This document shows, one piece after another, positions 39,101 to 49,219 of a stretch of DNA of 64,000 bases. This DNA comes from Vicinamibacterales bacterium. GTDB lineage: Bacteria; Acidobacteriota; Vicinamibacteria; Vicinamibacterales; UBA2999. The stretch's first letter is position 1. Each line of letters opens with the position of its first letter. The notes beneath the pieces are model-generated. The model was not told the DNA's origin, did no database searches, and was given only the letters and a program-made list of their open reading frames with translations. The position numbers and the translations under genes are program-made. The stretch is taken from contig DATJJE010000078.1 of NCBI GenBank assembly GCA_035492455.1, positions 3,556 through 67,555 on the forward strand. Reading direction: 5' to 3'.

Positions 39101-40256
39101 TCTTCCTCACGCACTCGAGAACATCACGGGGGTCGTCCGCTTCGACACTCGCGGCGTGACGCTCGACGAGGTGACGGCACAGCTCGGCGGCGGACCCGTT
39201 CGGTTCGGCGGCCGCATCGGGATCGACGGCTATCGCCCCGGCCGGCTCGACGTGACGATGAACGGGACAAACATGCGGCTGCGCTATCCGGAAGGGATGC
39301 GATCGGTCGTTGACGCAACGCTCAACCTGCAGGGCACGATGGAGGCAATGACGTTGGCCGGCAACGTCAATGTGCGCAGCGCGGTCTATACGCGGCGCTT
39401 CGATACCGGCGGTGGGCTGGTCGATCTCACCGGCAGCGCCTCCGGGCAGACGCCCGCCACGATTCAGACAACGATTCCGTTGCGCTATGACGTGCACCTG
39501 AATATTCCAGGCACCCTGCGCGTCGAGAACAACACCGTGCGTCTGGTGGCGAACGCGGATCTCGATCTGCGGGGCACCTATGATCGCCCGGTACTCGTCG
39601 GCCGCGGCGAGGTCGAGCGCGGCGAGTTCAACTTCGAAGGCAAGCGCTACGTGGTCACGCGCGGAACGATTGACTTCAACAACCCGACGCGTATCGAGCC
39701 GTTCTTCGACATCCAGACCGAGACGCAGGTGCGTGTTCCCAGCCAGACGTATCGCGTGATGGTGCGCGTCACCGGCACGATGGCGCGTTTCACGCCGACG
39801 TTCTCCTCGGACCCGCCGTTGACCGAAGTGCAGGTGCTGAGCCTCCTGTTCAGCGACGTGGCGCCCGGTCAGGATGTCGAGTTCAGCCAGTACAGCGCTG
39901 TGACGCCCCAGGAGCAGCTGCTGCGCGAGCGCGCCGCGCGCGCCTTGACCGGCGCGCTGACGACGGAGCTCGGGCGTGTCGCGGAGCAGACCTTCGGAGT
40001 CGACACGTTCCAGCTCACGCCGTCGCTCGTAACGCCGAACGCCAACTCGTCACGTCTCGATCCGGCGGCGCGCCTGACCATCGGCAAGCGCATCTCCGAT
40101 CGCGTCTACCTGACCTACTCGCGCAGCCTGTCGTCGACGACCAGCGACCAGATCATCCTGCTGGAGTACGATCAGACCGACCGCTTCTCGTGGATTCTGT
40201 CGCGCAACGAGGACCGTACCTACGCCCTGGACGTGCGTGTGAGACACACGTTCTGA
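36150..40256 (+). CDS. tamB: translocation and assembly module protein TamB (AsmA-like/DUF490); start uncertain
   Basis: 1368 aa with an N-terminal transmembrane anchor, long beta-rich repeats, and a C-terminal DUF490-like ...RLTIGKRISDRVYLTYSRSL... The TTG start lies inside the AT-rich repeat. Confidence 0.85.
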   Translation: MNFRKLFTLHRHPLTKRTRRIVRAIVVTFACAFAVALVTSVTVDLGPTLRQRAETAGSNYLKRPMHIGRLAVHLWRGSFQVDDLVIEGLTPKSRPFLTAKHIDVSMPWTTLFTQRVVFDAIQMSDWDMYVELNADGSHNFPKFPGSSGRKSAWTTTLEYVRASRGQFTYDDHGTPWRTIARNLDVIVARPADEYRGQAKFSKGTVNFQNYEPMGADMTCTFRIVDGKIVLDRILLQTDGAVSQLTGVVDTRKWPEQIYRIKSKIDFPTEKSIWFAHDKFTVAGTADFTGTFHLFKEQLGNGRTRTGRELRGDFVAPMAGVNAYRFSNLRGSVLWVPEKLEVTDATANLYGGSARFSYTMGPFGVHGMPANAAFDAAWSNVDLTEFTNFLQLRGIRLAGRTSGRNLLEWPLGKYSQHRGSGELHVDAPSGTELMGARMPIERIEARERLGKLWGPFDNTLPAEPIPTDATITYAFDADGIDLAPSRFATSSTFVEFEGRTAYGDNSRIPFHVSSADWQESDRLLAALMTAFGSPTNAIPIAGDGTFDGVMMNSFSRPRIEGTFAGERMRAFDVDWGTAYGTVAIENAYADIKDVVITDAGSQILADGRFSLGYPRKDGGEEINARVRIDGRPVMDLRHAFALDDYPVDGLLSGEFHVYGAYTRPFGFGTMAIANGTAYHETFDSATASLRLEGAGVRLDNIMVSKGTGRGTGAAYVGWDSTYQFNFDAQRIPVESLAVVQSPNNPPLSGLLDFTAGGSGTFDSPRYNVHGTVRDFFIADEGIGTVTGDINIANDVMALKLEAASPRLAVSGTGTVALSEEMDADLSFTVSDTSLDPYLRAFDPQLSPYTTAVASGSLRVVGELADIDHLVVDTTVDKLDMRLFDYRLRNAVPIRMALDRHSVRVTDMRLIGDETQLDVSGVVDLHNERIAMRASGAANLGILQGFVPNIRSTGQATLAATLDGPMRTPVVTGTMTIEDGRIRHFDLPHALENITGVVRFDTRGVTLDEVTAQLGGGPVRFGGRIGIDGYRPGRLDVTMNGTNMRLRYPEGMRSVVDATLNLQGTMEAMTLAGNVNVRSAVYTRRFDTGGGLVDLTGSASGQTPATIQTTIPLRYDVHLNIPGTLRVENNTVRLVANADLDLRGTYDRPVLVGRGEVERGEFNFEGKRYVVTRGTIDFNNPTRIEPFFDIQTETQVRVPSQTYRVMVRVTGTMARFTPTFSSDPPLTEVQVLSLLFSDVAPGQDVEFSQYSAVTPQEQLLRERAARALTGALTTELGRVAEQTFGVDTFQLTPSLVTPNANSSRLDPAARLTIGKRISDRVYLTYSRSLSSTTSDQIILLEYDQTDRFSWILSRNEDRTYALDVRVRHTF

Positions 40257-43177
40257 TACTTCTCTACTTACTTCTCACTTCAACCTTCTTACTTCCAATT
40301 TCAGCCTGGGCGCAGACCACGCCTGTACCGACCGTCGTTGCCATCGACGTTCAGCAAGAGGGTGAGACGGTCACCGACCCGCTAGTCCTGAGCCTCATCG
40401 AGAGCCGCACCGGCATGCCGCTGTCGGTCGCCGATGTCCGCGAGACCATCACGCATCTCATCAGCCTGACGCGCTACGAAGACGTCCAGGTGTACGAGGA
40501 TCCGATCGCCGGAGGGGTGCGCCTTCGATATGTGCTCATGCCCGTCCATCAGGTGGATCGCATCGAGTTTCGAGGAAATCTCGGGGTGGCCGAGGACGTG
40601 CTGCGGCGAGCCGTGGTGGAGCGATTCGGCGCGGCCCCCACGTCATCGCGAGCGGACGAAGTCGCTCGATCGCTGCAGGCCGTCTACCGTGATCGCGGCT
40701 ACGTTCAGCCGAACATCACCCCGCGCATCGAGGTGACGCACAAGCCGGATCGCGCATCGATGGTGTTCGAGATCAATGCCGGCCCGCGCGCGCAAATCAG
40801 CAACATCCAGGTGGATGCGGAAGATCCTGCCGATCGTTCGGCGCTGGCGAATACGCGCATCACGGTCGGGCGCCCGTACGACTTCGCTGAAATTGAGGAT
40901 CAGCTGCAGAAGTACCAGGCCGCGCTCCGCGCCAAAGGATTCTACGAAGCACGCGCGACGCACAGAGTGGACTTCGTCAACGGCGGCGCCGTCGTCCGCG
41001 CAACCGTCGACCGTGGTCCGCACGTCTCTGTCGCATTCGAAGGCGACCTGCTGCCTGAAGCCGAGCGCGAGCGGCTGGTGCCGATTCGCGCGGAGGCCTC
41101 CGCCGATGAAGACCTGCTCGAGGACTCGAGCCGCGCCATCGAGGACTACTTCCACATCCGCGGTTACCGCGACGCCACGGTCATCTACACACGCGAGGCT
41201 TCCACGGCCAGCGAGTTGACGATCCGGTTCACCATCATGCGCGGTCCGCGATACATCGTCAATGCGCTGACGGTCAACGGCAACAACGCGATCGGTACGG
41301 CGGAGTTGACGCCCGTCGCGCGCATGAAAGCAGGCGAGCCGTTCGTGCAGACGACGCTTGACGCCGTGGCGGCCGGCATCCGCGGGGTCTACCGCGCGCG
41401 CGGCTTCACGCGCGCGATGGTCATGCCGAACGTGGCGATCGTCGGTGCCGTCGAGCGTCCGCCTGCGGACGAGGACCGCCACGTCGAGGTCACCATCGAC
41501 GTGACGGAAGGTCCGCGGACGCTCGTCGGCTCCGTCGATCTGATGGGCAACATGGTGCTCTCGTCGGCGGAACTACGCGCCGCGTTCGCCACGGTGCCGG
41601 ACAAGCCGTACTCGGAAGTCGATGTCGCTTCGGATCGCGATCGCATCGACCTCGAATACCGCAACCGCGGGTACGAAGGCGTCGTCGTCGAGCCACGCGT
41701 GACGCTCGCCGAAGGCGATACGCGCGCCAACGTTGTCTTCGCCATTACCGAGGGGCAGCAGGTCATCGTCGACCACGTCATCATCGTCGGCAATCGGAGG
41801 ACGAGCACGACGACGATTCAGCGCGAGCTGACGCTCAAGCCCGGCGAGCCGCTCGGCTACTCGGCGCGTATCGAGAGCCAGCAACGGCTCAGCGCGCTCG
41901 GCTTGTTTCGCAGGGTGAATATCACGGAGCTGCCGCACGAATCCGAGTCGCGCCGGGACGTGCTGGTGCAGGTTGAGGAAGCACCGCCGACATCCATTGC
42001 GTACGGCGGCGGTCTCGAAGGGGGGACGCGGCTGCGCCCGACCGGCCCGAACGGGACGGCGGAAGAACATTTCGAGCTCGCGCCGCGCGGATCGTTTGAG
42101 ATCACGCGCAGCAATCTATGGGGGAAGAACAGATCCATCGATCTGTTCACGCGCGCCAGCTTGAAGGCGCGCGATGTCGTCATCACCGATACCGGCGTCC
42201 GCCTCGTCGAACCAGGGCCGGGCAGCGGCTACGGTTTCAACGAATATCGCGTACTCGCCACCTATCGCGAACCGAAGCTGTTCAACACGCCGGCAGATAT
42301 TCTGCTCACCGGCATTCTCGATCAGGCGATCAGATCGAGCTTCAACTTCCAGACCCGCGAGGTCCGCGCCGAGGTCGGTGGACACGCGACGCGGCGCACG
42401 AGCGTTGCGGGGCGCTACTCGTTTCAGCACACGAAGCTGTTCGATCAGCGGTTCACGCCCGAAGAGGAGCCGCTCATTGACCGCGTCTTCCCGCAGGTGC
42501 GCCTGTCCAAGTTTTCCAACTCGGTCATTCGCGACACGCGTGACGACCTGCTCGACCCGTCGAAGGGGTTGTTCCTCGCGCTGAACAGCGACGTGAGCGC
42601 CCGCGCGATTGGATCGGAAGTTGGCTTCATCAAGACGTTCGGTCAGGCGTTCCAGTACTACCGGCTGCCGCTGCGGCGGCGCATCATTCTCGCGACTGCC
42701 GAGCGCATCGGGCTGGCACATGGTTTCTCGCGGACGGTGCAGACGGTGGACGAGCACGGTGAGACCGTGACGCAGACGGTGCAGGACCTGCCGGCGAGCG
42801 AGCGCTTCTTCGCCGGCGGCGACACGACGGTACGCGGTTTCTCGCTCGATCGCCTCGGCACGACGGAGACCGTCGATCCGCAAACCGGATTTCCGAAAGG
42901 CGGCAACGGGGAAGTCGTGCTGAATGCCGAGCTGCGCATCGACGCGGCCAAGGGATTCGCCGCGGTGACGTTCATCGACGCCGGCAACATCTTTCCGAAT
43001 GCAACGGACCTGAGCTTCACCGATTTGCGCCCTGCCGCCGGCCTCGGCGTGCACTATCGATCGCCCGTCGGCCCCATCCGCGTCGAGCTCGGGTTCAATC
43101 TGCAGCCGCGCGAACTCGTGCCGGGAGTACTGGAACGCAGGACCGTGTTACACATATCGCTGGGACAGGCGTTCTGA
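40190..43177 (+). CDS. bamA: Omp85-family outer-membrane protein assembly factor (BamA/TamA-like, multiple POTRA domains)
   Basis: POTRA-like repeats (VDRIEFRGN..., ISNIQVDAE..., VNALTVNGNN..., VGSVDLMGN..., VDHVIIVGN...) and a C-terminal beta-barrel ending ...HISLGQAF. Confidence 0.88.
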   Translation: MDSVAQRGPYLRPGRACETHVLILLYLLLTSTFLLPISAWAQTTPVPTVVAIDVQQEGETVTDPLVLSLIESRTGMPLSVADVRETITHLISLTRYEDVQVYEDPIAGGVRLRYVLMPVHQVDRIEFRGNLGVAEDVLRRAVVERFGAAPTSSRADEVARSLQAVYRDRGYVQPNITPRIEVTHKPDRASMVFEINAGPRAQISNIQVDAEDPADRSALANTRITVGRPYDFAEIEDQLQKYQAALRAKGFYEARATHRVDFVNGGAVVRATVDRGPHVSVAFEGDLLPEAERERLVPIRAEASADEDLLEDSSRAIEDYFHIRGYRDATVIYTREASTASELTIRFTIMRGPRYIVNALTVNGNNAIGTAELTPVARMKAGEPFVQTTLDAVAAGIRGVYRARGFTRAMVMPNVAIVGAVERPPADEDRHVEVTIDVTEGPRTLVGSVDLMGNMVLSSAELRAAFATVPDKPYSEVDVASDRDRIDLEYRNRGYEGVVVEPRVTLAEGDTRANVVFAITEGQQVIVDHVIIVGNRRTSTTTIQRELTLKPGEPLGYSARIESQQRLSALGLFRRVNITELPHESESRRDVLVQVEEAPPTSIAYGGGLEGGTRLRPTGPNGTAEEHFELAPRGSFEITRSNLWGKNRSIDLFTRASLKARDVVITDTGVRLVEPGPGSGYGFNEYRVLATYREPKLFNTPADILLTGILDQAIRSSFNFQTREVRAEVGGHATRRTSVAGRYSFQHTKLFDQRFTPEEEPLIDRVFPQVRLSKFSNSVIRDTRDDLLDPSKGLFLALNSDVSARAIGSEVGFIKTFGQAFQYYRLPLRRRIILATAERIGLAHGFSRTVQTVDEHGETVTQTVQDLPASERFFAGGDTTVRGFSLDRLGTTETVDPQTGFPKGGNGEVVLNAELRIDAAKGFAAVTFIDAGNIFPNATDLSFTDLRPAAGLGVHYRSPVGPIRVELGFNLQPRELVPGVLERRTVLHISLGQAF
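40257..40298. repeat. 6x heptamer array TACTTCT CTACTTA CTTCTCA CTTCAAC CTTCTTA CTTCCAA
   Basis: Starts 1 nt after the tamB stop. In the bamA frame it encodes the hydrophobic core of the signal peptide (LILLYLLLTSTFLLP). Confidence 0.85.
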
Positions 43178-43208
43178 TTTCTATTCGCAGCGATGATCAT
43201 CCTCACGG

Positions 43209-43247
43209 GCCACAGAGGCACAGAGGCCGTTGCTGTGTCTCTGTGGC
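43209..43247 (+). terminator. hairpin GCCACAGAGgCACAG-9-CTGTGtCTCTGTGGC after bamA (member of the CCACAGAGG family)
   Basis: 15-bp stem with one mismatch, 32 nt after the bamA stop. CACAGAGG is tandemly duplicated at 43211-43226. Confidence 0.5.
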
Positions 43248-43881
43248 TGCGTGTCTGGTGATGGTGGTTATGGTGCGGCTGTCACACCCGACAGCGCAGG
43301 TGCTGATCGATCGCGTACTCGCCCGAATCGACGGCGCGCCATTGACGCTGACCGACGTCGAAGCCGCGATCGGACTCGGCGTCGTGCAGGGCCCGCTCGA
43401 TGGCGGTATGCAGCAGATGATCAATCGGCTTCTCGAGTTGACGGAGGTGCAGCGGTTCCCGCCGCCGGAGCCGTCGCCAGCCGCGATCGCCGCGGAGGCC
43501 GCACGGCTGAAGATGAACGCCGGCACGCGCCTCCAGCCATTGATGCAGTCCACGGGTCTCACCGATCAGCGCATCACCGATATCGCGCGCGACAACGTGC
43601 GCATCGCGGCCTATCTCGAGCAGCGTTTCGGAACGACCGTGCAGGTGAGCGACGAGGAGGTCGCGAACTACTACCGCACGCACGAGGCGGAGTTCACGCG
43701 GGGTGGGGACGCGTTGTCATTTGACGAGGCCGAAGCGATCGCGCGGCAGCGTCTGTCGGCCGAGCGCCGACGCGCGATCATCGATCAATGGCTGGCCGAT
43801 CTGCGCAATCGGGCAGACGTCGATATCAATAAGGAGCAGGAACCACCACCCACCACCTACCAGCCACAACCTAGACAGTAA
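43243..43881 (+). CDS. periplasmic SurA-N-terminal-domain-like chaperone protein
   Basis: LIDRVLARIDGAPLTLTDVEAAI resembles the SurA N-domain start, and the C-terminus has ...IIDQWLADLRNRADVDI. The GTG start lies within a spacer repeat, so the start is uncertain. Confidence 0.55.
   Translation: MAACLVMVVMVRLSHPTAQVLIDRVLARIDGAPLTLTDVEAAIGLGVVQGPLDGGMQQMINRLLELTEVQRFPPPEPSPAAIAAEAARLKMNAGTRLQPLMQSTGLTDQRITDIARDNVRIAAYLEQRFGTTVQVSDEEVANYYRTHEAEFTRGGDALSFDEAEAIARQRLSAERRRAIIDQWLADLRNRADVDINKEQEPPPTTYQPQPRQ
43843..43877. repeat. 5x heptamer array CCACCAC CCACCAC CTACCAG CCACAAC CTAGACA
   Basis: Encodes the C-terminal tail PPPTTYQPQPRQ of the SurA-like gene and contains the stop codon of the convergent qor. 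Confidence 0.85.
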
Positions 43882-44854
43882 ACACGGTCGACCCCGTCGT
43901 CTTCCGCGACTCGAGATCCTTGTGCGCCTGCACCGCGTCTTTCAGCGCATACCGCTGATTGATGTCGATCTTCACCTTGCCACTCTTGACGATGTCGAAC
44001 AGGTCGTTGGCGAGTGAGACGAGATCGGCGCGTGCGGCGGTGTAAGGACCGAGCGAGGGGCGGGTCACGTAAAGGTGGCCCTTCAGCTTCGACGACAGCT
44101 CGATCGGCGGCACAGGCCCTGAGGCGTTGCCGAACGTCACCATCGTGCCGTACGTGGACAGGCACTCGAGCGACTTGTCGAAGGTGTCCTTGCCGACGCT
44201 GTCGTAGACGACGGGCACGCCCTTGCCGCCGGTAATGTCCTTCACGCGCGCGGCGAAATCTTCCTTGTTGTAGTTGATGCAGTAGTTCGCGCCGTGCGCT
44301 TTGGCGAGGTCGCACTTCTCATCCGACCCCGCGGTGCCGATCATCGTCACGCCAAGCGCCTTCAGCCACTGACAGGCGATGAGACCCACGCCGCCGGCCG
44401 CCGCATGGAACACTACCGTGTCGCCCGGCTTCACCTTGAAGGTGCGCTTCAACAGATAACTGACCGTCATGCCTTTCAGCATCATGGCCGCCGCGGTCTC
44501 CGACGCGATGCCATCGGGAATCTTCACGAGACGCGCGGCCGGTATGTTGCGCACTTCCGAGTAGCTTCCCACCGGCTGCAATGGCGCGCCGACCGCATAG
44601 GCGACGCGATCGCCGACGCTGAATTCGGTGACACCGTTGCCCACTGCCTCGACGATTCCGGCCGCTTCGCTGCCGATGCCAGTCGGCAACGGCATTTTGT
44701 AGACCCCGCCGCGGTGATATGTGTCGATGTAATTCAGACCGACCGCTTCGTGGCGCAGACGCACTTCACCGGCGCCGGGAGGCGGCAGCTCGACCTCCTC
44801 CCACTTCAGCACTTCAGGTCCACCCTGTTCATTAATACGAATCGCTTTAGGCAA
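43871..44854 (-). CDS. qor: NADPH:quinone oxidoreductase (zeta-crystallin/MDR family)
   Basis: MPKAIRINEQGGPEVLKWEEVELPPPGAGEV..., nucleotide motif AAAGGVG. Confidence 0.9.
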   Translation of the reverse strand: MPKAIRINEQGGPEVLKWEEVELPPPGAGEVRLRHEAVGLNYIDTYHRGGVYKMPLPTGIGSEAAGIVEAVGNGVTEFSVGDRVAYAVGAPLQPVGSYSEVRNIPAARLVKIPDGIASETAAAMMLKGMTVSYLLKRTFKVKPGDTVVFHAAAGGVGLIACQWLKALGVTMIGTAGSDEKCDLAKAHGANYCINYNKEDFAARVKDITGGKGVPVVYDSVGKDTFDKSLECLSTYGTMVTFGNASGPVPPIELSSKLKGHLYVTRPSLGPYTAARADLVSLANDLFDIVKSGKVKIDINQRYALKDAVQAHKDLESRKTTGSTVFTV

Positions 44855-44866
44855 CGGTCTCTCCTG

Positions 44867-45634
44867 TTATTGTCCGATTACTGCAAGTCGCAGGATCTCG
44901 AGCGAGTTGAATCCTGCATGGCTGATGATCGGTCCGACGCTGCTCCTGCGCTGCACGTACATCCAGGCCCAGAACGCGCCGAGTGTTCCTGTTGTGATTA
45001 CGGCATCCCATCCCTGCATCAGGTGACCAAGCCCGAACGCGATGCTGATCACCCAGATCCCTACCGTGGCGCCGCCGAGATACTGCTCGAACCGGCGGAG
45101 CATGAACGCGCGCTGCAGCTCCTCGCGCAGCCCGCCCGCGAGAATAGCGACGAGCGAGAAGAGCGCCGCCTGGGTCGGCGTTGACGCCAGACGTTCGAGC
45201 GGGTTGGTCGCGACGTTGTGCAGCGAGGGTACGAACAACCGGATCGCGTTCAGCAGGATGCCGACGGCGACGAATACCAGCGGCACGGTCGCCAACCCCA
45301 CGAGCGCGTCGCGGATGCCTTTCGCGCCGCGTCCTTGACGGGGCCCAAGCCACGTGGTGCGGGCGCTGTCGCCGTGCGCGTGCATCAGCAGAATCATGAT
45401 GATGATGAGGAGCGTCGTGTCGGTCAGGGAGAGCGCCACTACGTAGGTCAGCGACAGATTACCCTCGACGTCTCGAGCCGGCACGCCGGCCAGGCCAAGC
45501 AGCGCGCCGATGGCGAGCTGCGTCGGAACGCTCGAACAAAGCAGAATTTCGATGATGGCGGTAACCCGATCCCGGAAGTCGGCGGCGTCCGGACGGCCCG
45601 GATTGACAAGGGATTCAGGGGCGGAGTCGGGCAT
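44867..45634 (-). CDS. CPBP-family intramembrane glutamic endopeptidase (CAAX protease-like)
   Basis: Multi-pass membrane protein with GLREELQRAFML (EExxxR) and FGLGH motifs. Start moved to the ATG at 45634 because the longer ORF would overlap the divergent regulator gene. Confidence 0.78.
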   Translation of the reverse strand: MPDSAPESLVNPGRPDAADFRDRVTAIIEILLCSSVPTQLAIGALLGLAGVPARDVEGNLSLTYVVALSLTDTTLLIIIMILLMHAHGDSARTTWLGPRQGRGAKGIRDALVGLATVPLVFVAVGILLNAIRLFVPSLHNVATNPLERLASTPTQAALFSLVAILAGGLREELQRAFMLRRFEQYLGGATVGIWVISIAFGLGHLMQGWDAVITTGTLGAFWAWMYVQRRSSVGPIISHAGFNSLEILRLAVIGQ

Positions 45635-45701
45635 CGGGGCCAAGTTGATGATTCTACTGCTCTGCTGGACCGTGTAAAAACGACAGGCTAGTATCGATGA
45701 G

Positions 45702-47105
<1,404 letters not shown>

Positions 47106-48641
47106 GTGCGCGTCGGCATCAAGGCGAAGCAGATCGCGGCGCTGACGGCAATCGTCGGCCTTGCCGTCGTCGCCCTGAGCGCCGTCCACGTTGCGCGTCT
47201 GGCCCGCGTTGTCCTGCACGAAAGCCAGGCGCGCGGCGAGCTGCTCGCCAACACCATCTTCCATCGGTCGCGGGAGGTCGTGGTCGCGGGAGGCACCAGC
47301 GACCTTTACACAGCGTTGCGCAACGATCCGGGGCTGCGCGCGATTCTCGAATCGAGCATCTACGGCGAGAGCGTGACCGAGGCGTCGATTCTGGATACCA
47401 GCGGCGTGGTGCGCGCATCGAGCGATCGCGCACTGGAAGGGAGGAAGCTGCCGGCGCGCGCCGATCTCGGCACCCTCGTTGATGGCAGCGCCCTCGATCA
47501 GCTGGCGACGATCTACGCGCGCGACGGCCGCACCCTCGAAGTACGGCAGCAGATGGTGCTCGGCGACGAGCCGTTCGGCTCGATTCGCATCGGCGTCTCG
47601 ACGGTGCTGATGCGTCAGGAGCTGAACGCGTCGCTGAAGCCGGCCATCAACATCGCCATTGCGTCGCTGCTCATCGCCGTCATCGTGGCGGCGCTGCTCG
47701 CGCAGCTGTTCCTCCGGCCGATCAACGTGATTCGCAGCGGTCTGACGCGTCTTGGCAGAGGCGAGTTCGGCGTCACGCTCGATCTGAATCAGAACGACGA
47801 GTTCGGCGAGCTCGGCACGTTCTTCAACACCGTCAGCCAGCAGCTCTCGGCGGATCGAACGCTCGCCGCCGAACAGCGCGACCCGCGCCAGCTCGCGCGC
47901 AAGATGGTTGCATTGAGCCGCCTCACGGCGGGGCTGGCGCACGAGGTGAAGAATCCGCTCAACGCGATGATGATTCACCTCGAGCTGCTGCGCACCAAGA
48001 TGAAGCGCGCGACCGCGCCGCGGGCGCAGCCGGTGGTCGCCGGCGGCCTCGGGCTCGCCGAAGCGCTTCCAGAGCCGGGCGCGGAGGCGGACGCCATGCA
48101 GCACGTCGAGATCATCGAGCACGAGATTCGGCGTCTCGACGAAGTGGTGCAGGGATTCCTGAAGTTCACGCGCCCCGAGGATCTCCGCCTGCAGCCCGTG
48201 CTCGTGAAGGATGTCTTCGACGAGATCCTGCCGCTCATCGCGCCGGAAGCCGAGAAGAACAACGTGCGCGTCGAGGTCGATGCGCCCACCGACGCACCGC
48301 GTGTGAACGCCGACGCCGCCATGCTGCGTCAGGCATTTCTGAATCTCGCCATCAACGCCTGTCAGGCGATGCCGAACGGCGGCACGCTGCGCATGTCGTG
48401 CGCTCCGGCGCGAGCCAATCGTGTCGAGGTGCGCATCGCCGATACGGGTGTGGGCATCGCCGCTGAGCACCTGCCGAAGATCTTTGACCTGTATTTCACA
48501 ACGAAGGATCATGGGACCGGTATTGGCCTGTCCCTGGTCTACCGCATCGTCCAGCTGCACGACGGCGAGGTAGAGGTCGAATCCATAAAAGGCCGCGGCA
48601 CGACGTTCCGCGTCCTTCTACCGAGAGCGAACGAAGCGTGA
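47106..48641 (+). CDS. sensor histidine kinase (TM-sensor-HAMP-HisKA-HATPase)
   Basis: HAMP-like LRPINVIRSGLTRLGRGEF, H-box LAHEVKNPLNAM, N-box LNLAINACQAM, G-box DTGVGI...GTGIGL. Confidence 0.9.
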   Translation: MRVGIKAKQIAALTAIVGLAVVALSAVHVARLARVVLHESQARGELLANTIFHRSREVVVAGGTSDLYTALRNDPGLRAILESSIYGESVTEASILDTSGVVRASSDRALEGRKLPARADLGTLVDGSALDQLATIYARDGRTLEVRQQMVLGDEPFGSIRIGVSTVLMRQELNASLKPAINIAIASLLIAVIVAALLAQLFLRPINVIRSGLTRLGRGEFGVTLDLNQNDEFGELGTFFNTVSQQLSADRTLAAEQRDPRQLARKMVALSRLTAGLAHEVKNPLNAMMIHLELLRTKMKRATAPRAQPVVAGGLGLAEALPEPGAEADAMQHVEIIEHEIRRLDEVVQGFLKFTRPEDLRLQPVLVKDVFDEILPLIAPEAEKNNVRVEVDAPTDAPRVNADAAMLRQAFLNLAINACQAMPNGGTLRMSCAPARANRVEVRIADTGVGIAAEHLPKIFDLYFTTKDHGTGIGLSLVYRIVQLHDGEVEVESIKGRGTTFRVLLPRANEA

Positions 48642-49219
48642 GAATCCGCTTGCGATTCGGGACGTGGGCTTTGGGATTCGGAATAGTCGCCGCCGCAGCC
48701 AGCGGCTGCGCGAGAGCGCAGGCGAAGGAGGCGGCGGGCCCGCCGCTGGAGATCCCGGCGCCGCCCGAGCGCGTGCTCGCGCCCGTCGAAGAGCCGGTCC
48801 TCGCGACGGCGCCGCCGCCGGAAACACCGGCGTCACCACCCGCGGCGGCTGCGCCGCGCCCGGCGCCGCGACCACCTGCTCGTCGCCCCGAGCCTGAACG
48901 TCCGGAACCAACACCCGCCGCGCCTGCGGCGGCCACGCCTCCGCAGCCCGCAGCGGAGCCGCCGCGCGAGCTGCGTCCTGCGTCACCTGCCGCCGACGCC
49001 GCTGCCGAACGTGACACGCGCGAGTCGCTGGCCCGTGCCGCAGCTTCGTTGTCACGCGTTGATTACGGAAAATTAAACGTCGACGCGCGCGCGCAGTACG
49101 ATCAGTCGAAACGCTTCATGGAGCAGGCGCAGCAGGCGCTGCGCGATCGCAACTTCGTGTTTGCGGCGACCCTCGCCGACAAGGCAGCGACACTCGCCGG
49201 CGAACTGCTCAATCGCTAG
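48638..49219 (+). CDS. hypothetical lipoprotein with Pro/Ala-rich linker
   Basis: GTGA overlap with the kinase stop. Lipobox AAAASGC, long PAP-rich linker, helical C-terminal domain. Confidence 0.55.
   Translation: MRIRLRFGTWALGFGIVAAAASGCARAQAKEAAGPPLEIPAPPERVLAPVEEPVLATAPPPETPASPPAAAAPRPAPRPPARRPEPERPEPTPAAPAAATPPQPAAEPPRELRPASPAADAAAERDTRESLARAAASLSRVDYGKLNVDARAQYDQSKRFMEQAQQALRDRNFVFAATLADKAATLAGELLNR
48654..48681. repeat. 4x heptamer array GATTCGG GACGTGG GCTTTGG GATTCGG
   Basis: Lies 16 nt after the kinase/lipoprotein GTGA junction and encodes part of the lipoprotein signal peptide (FGTWALGFG). Confidence 0.85.
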
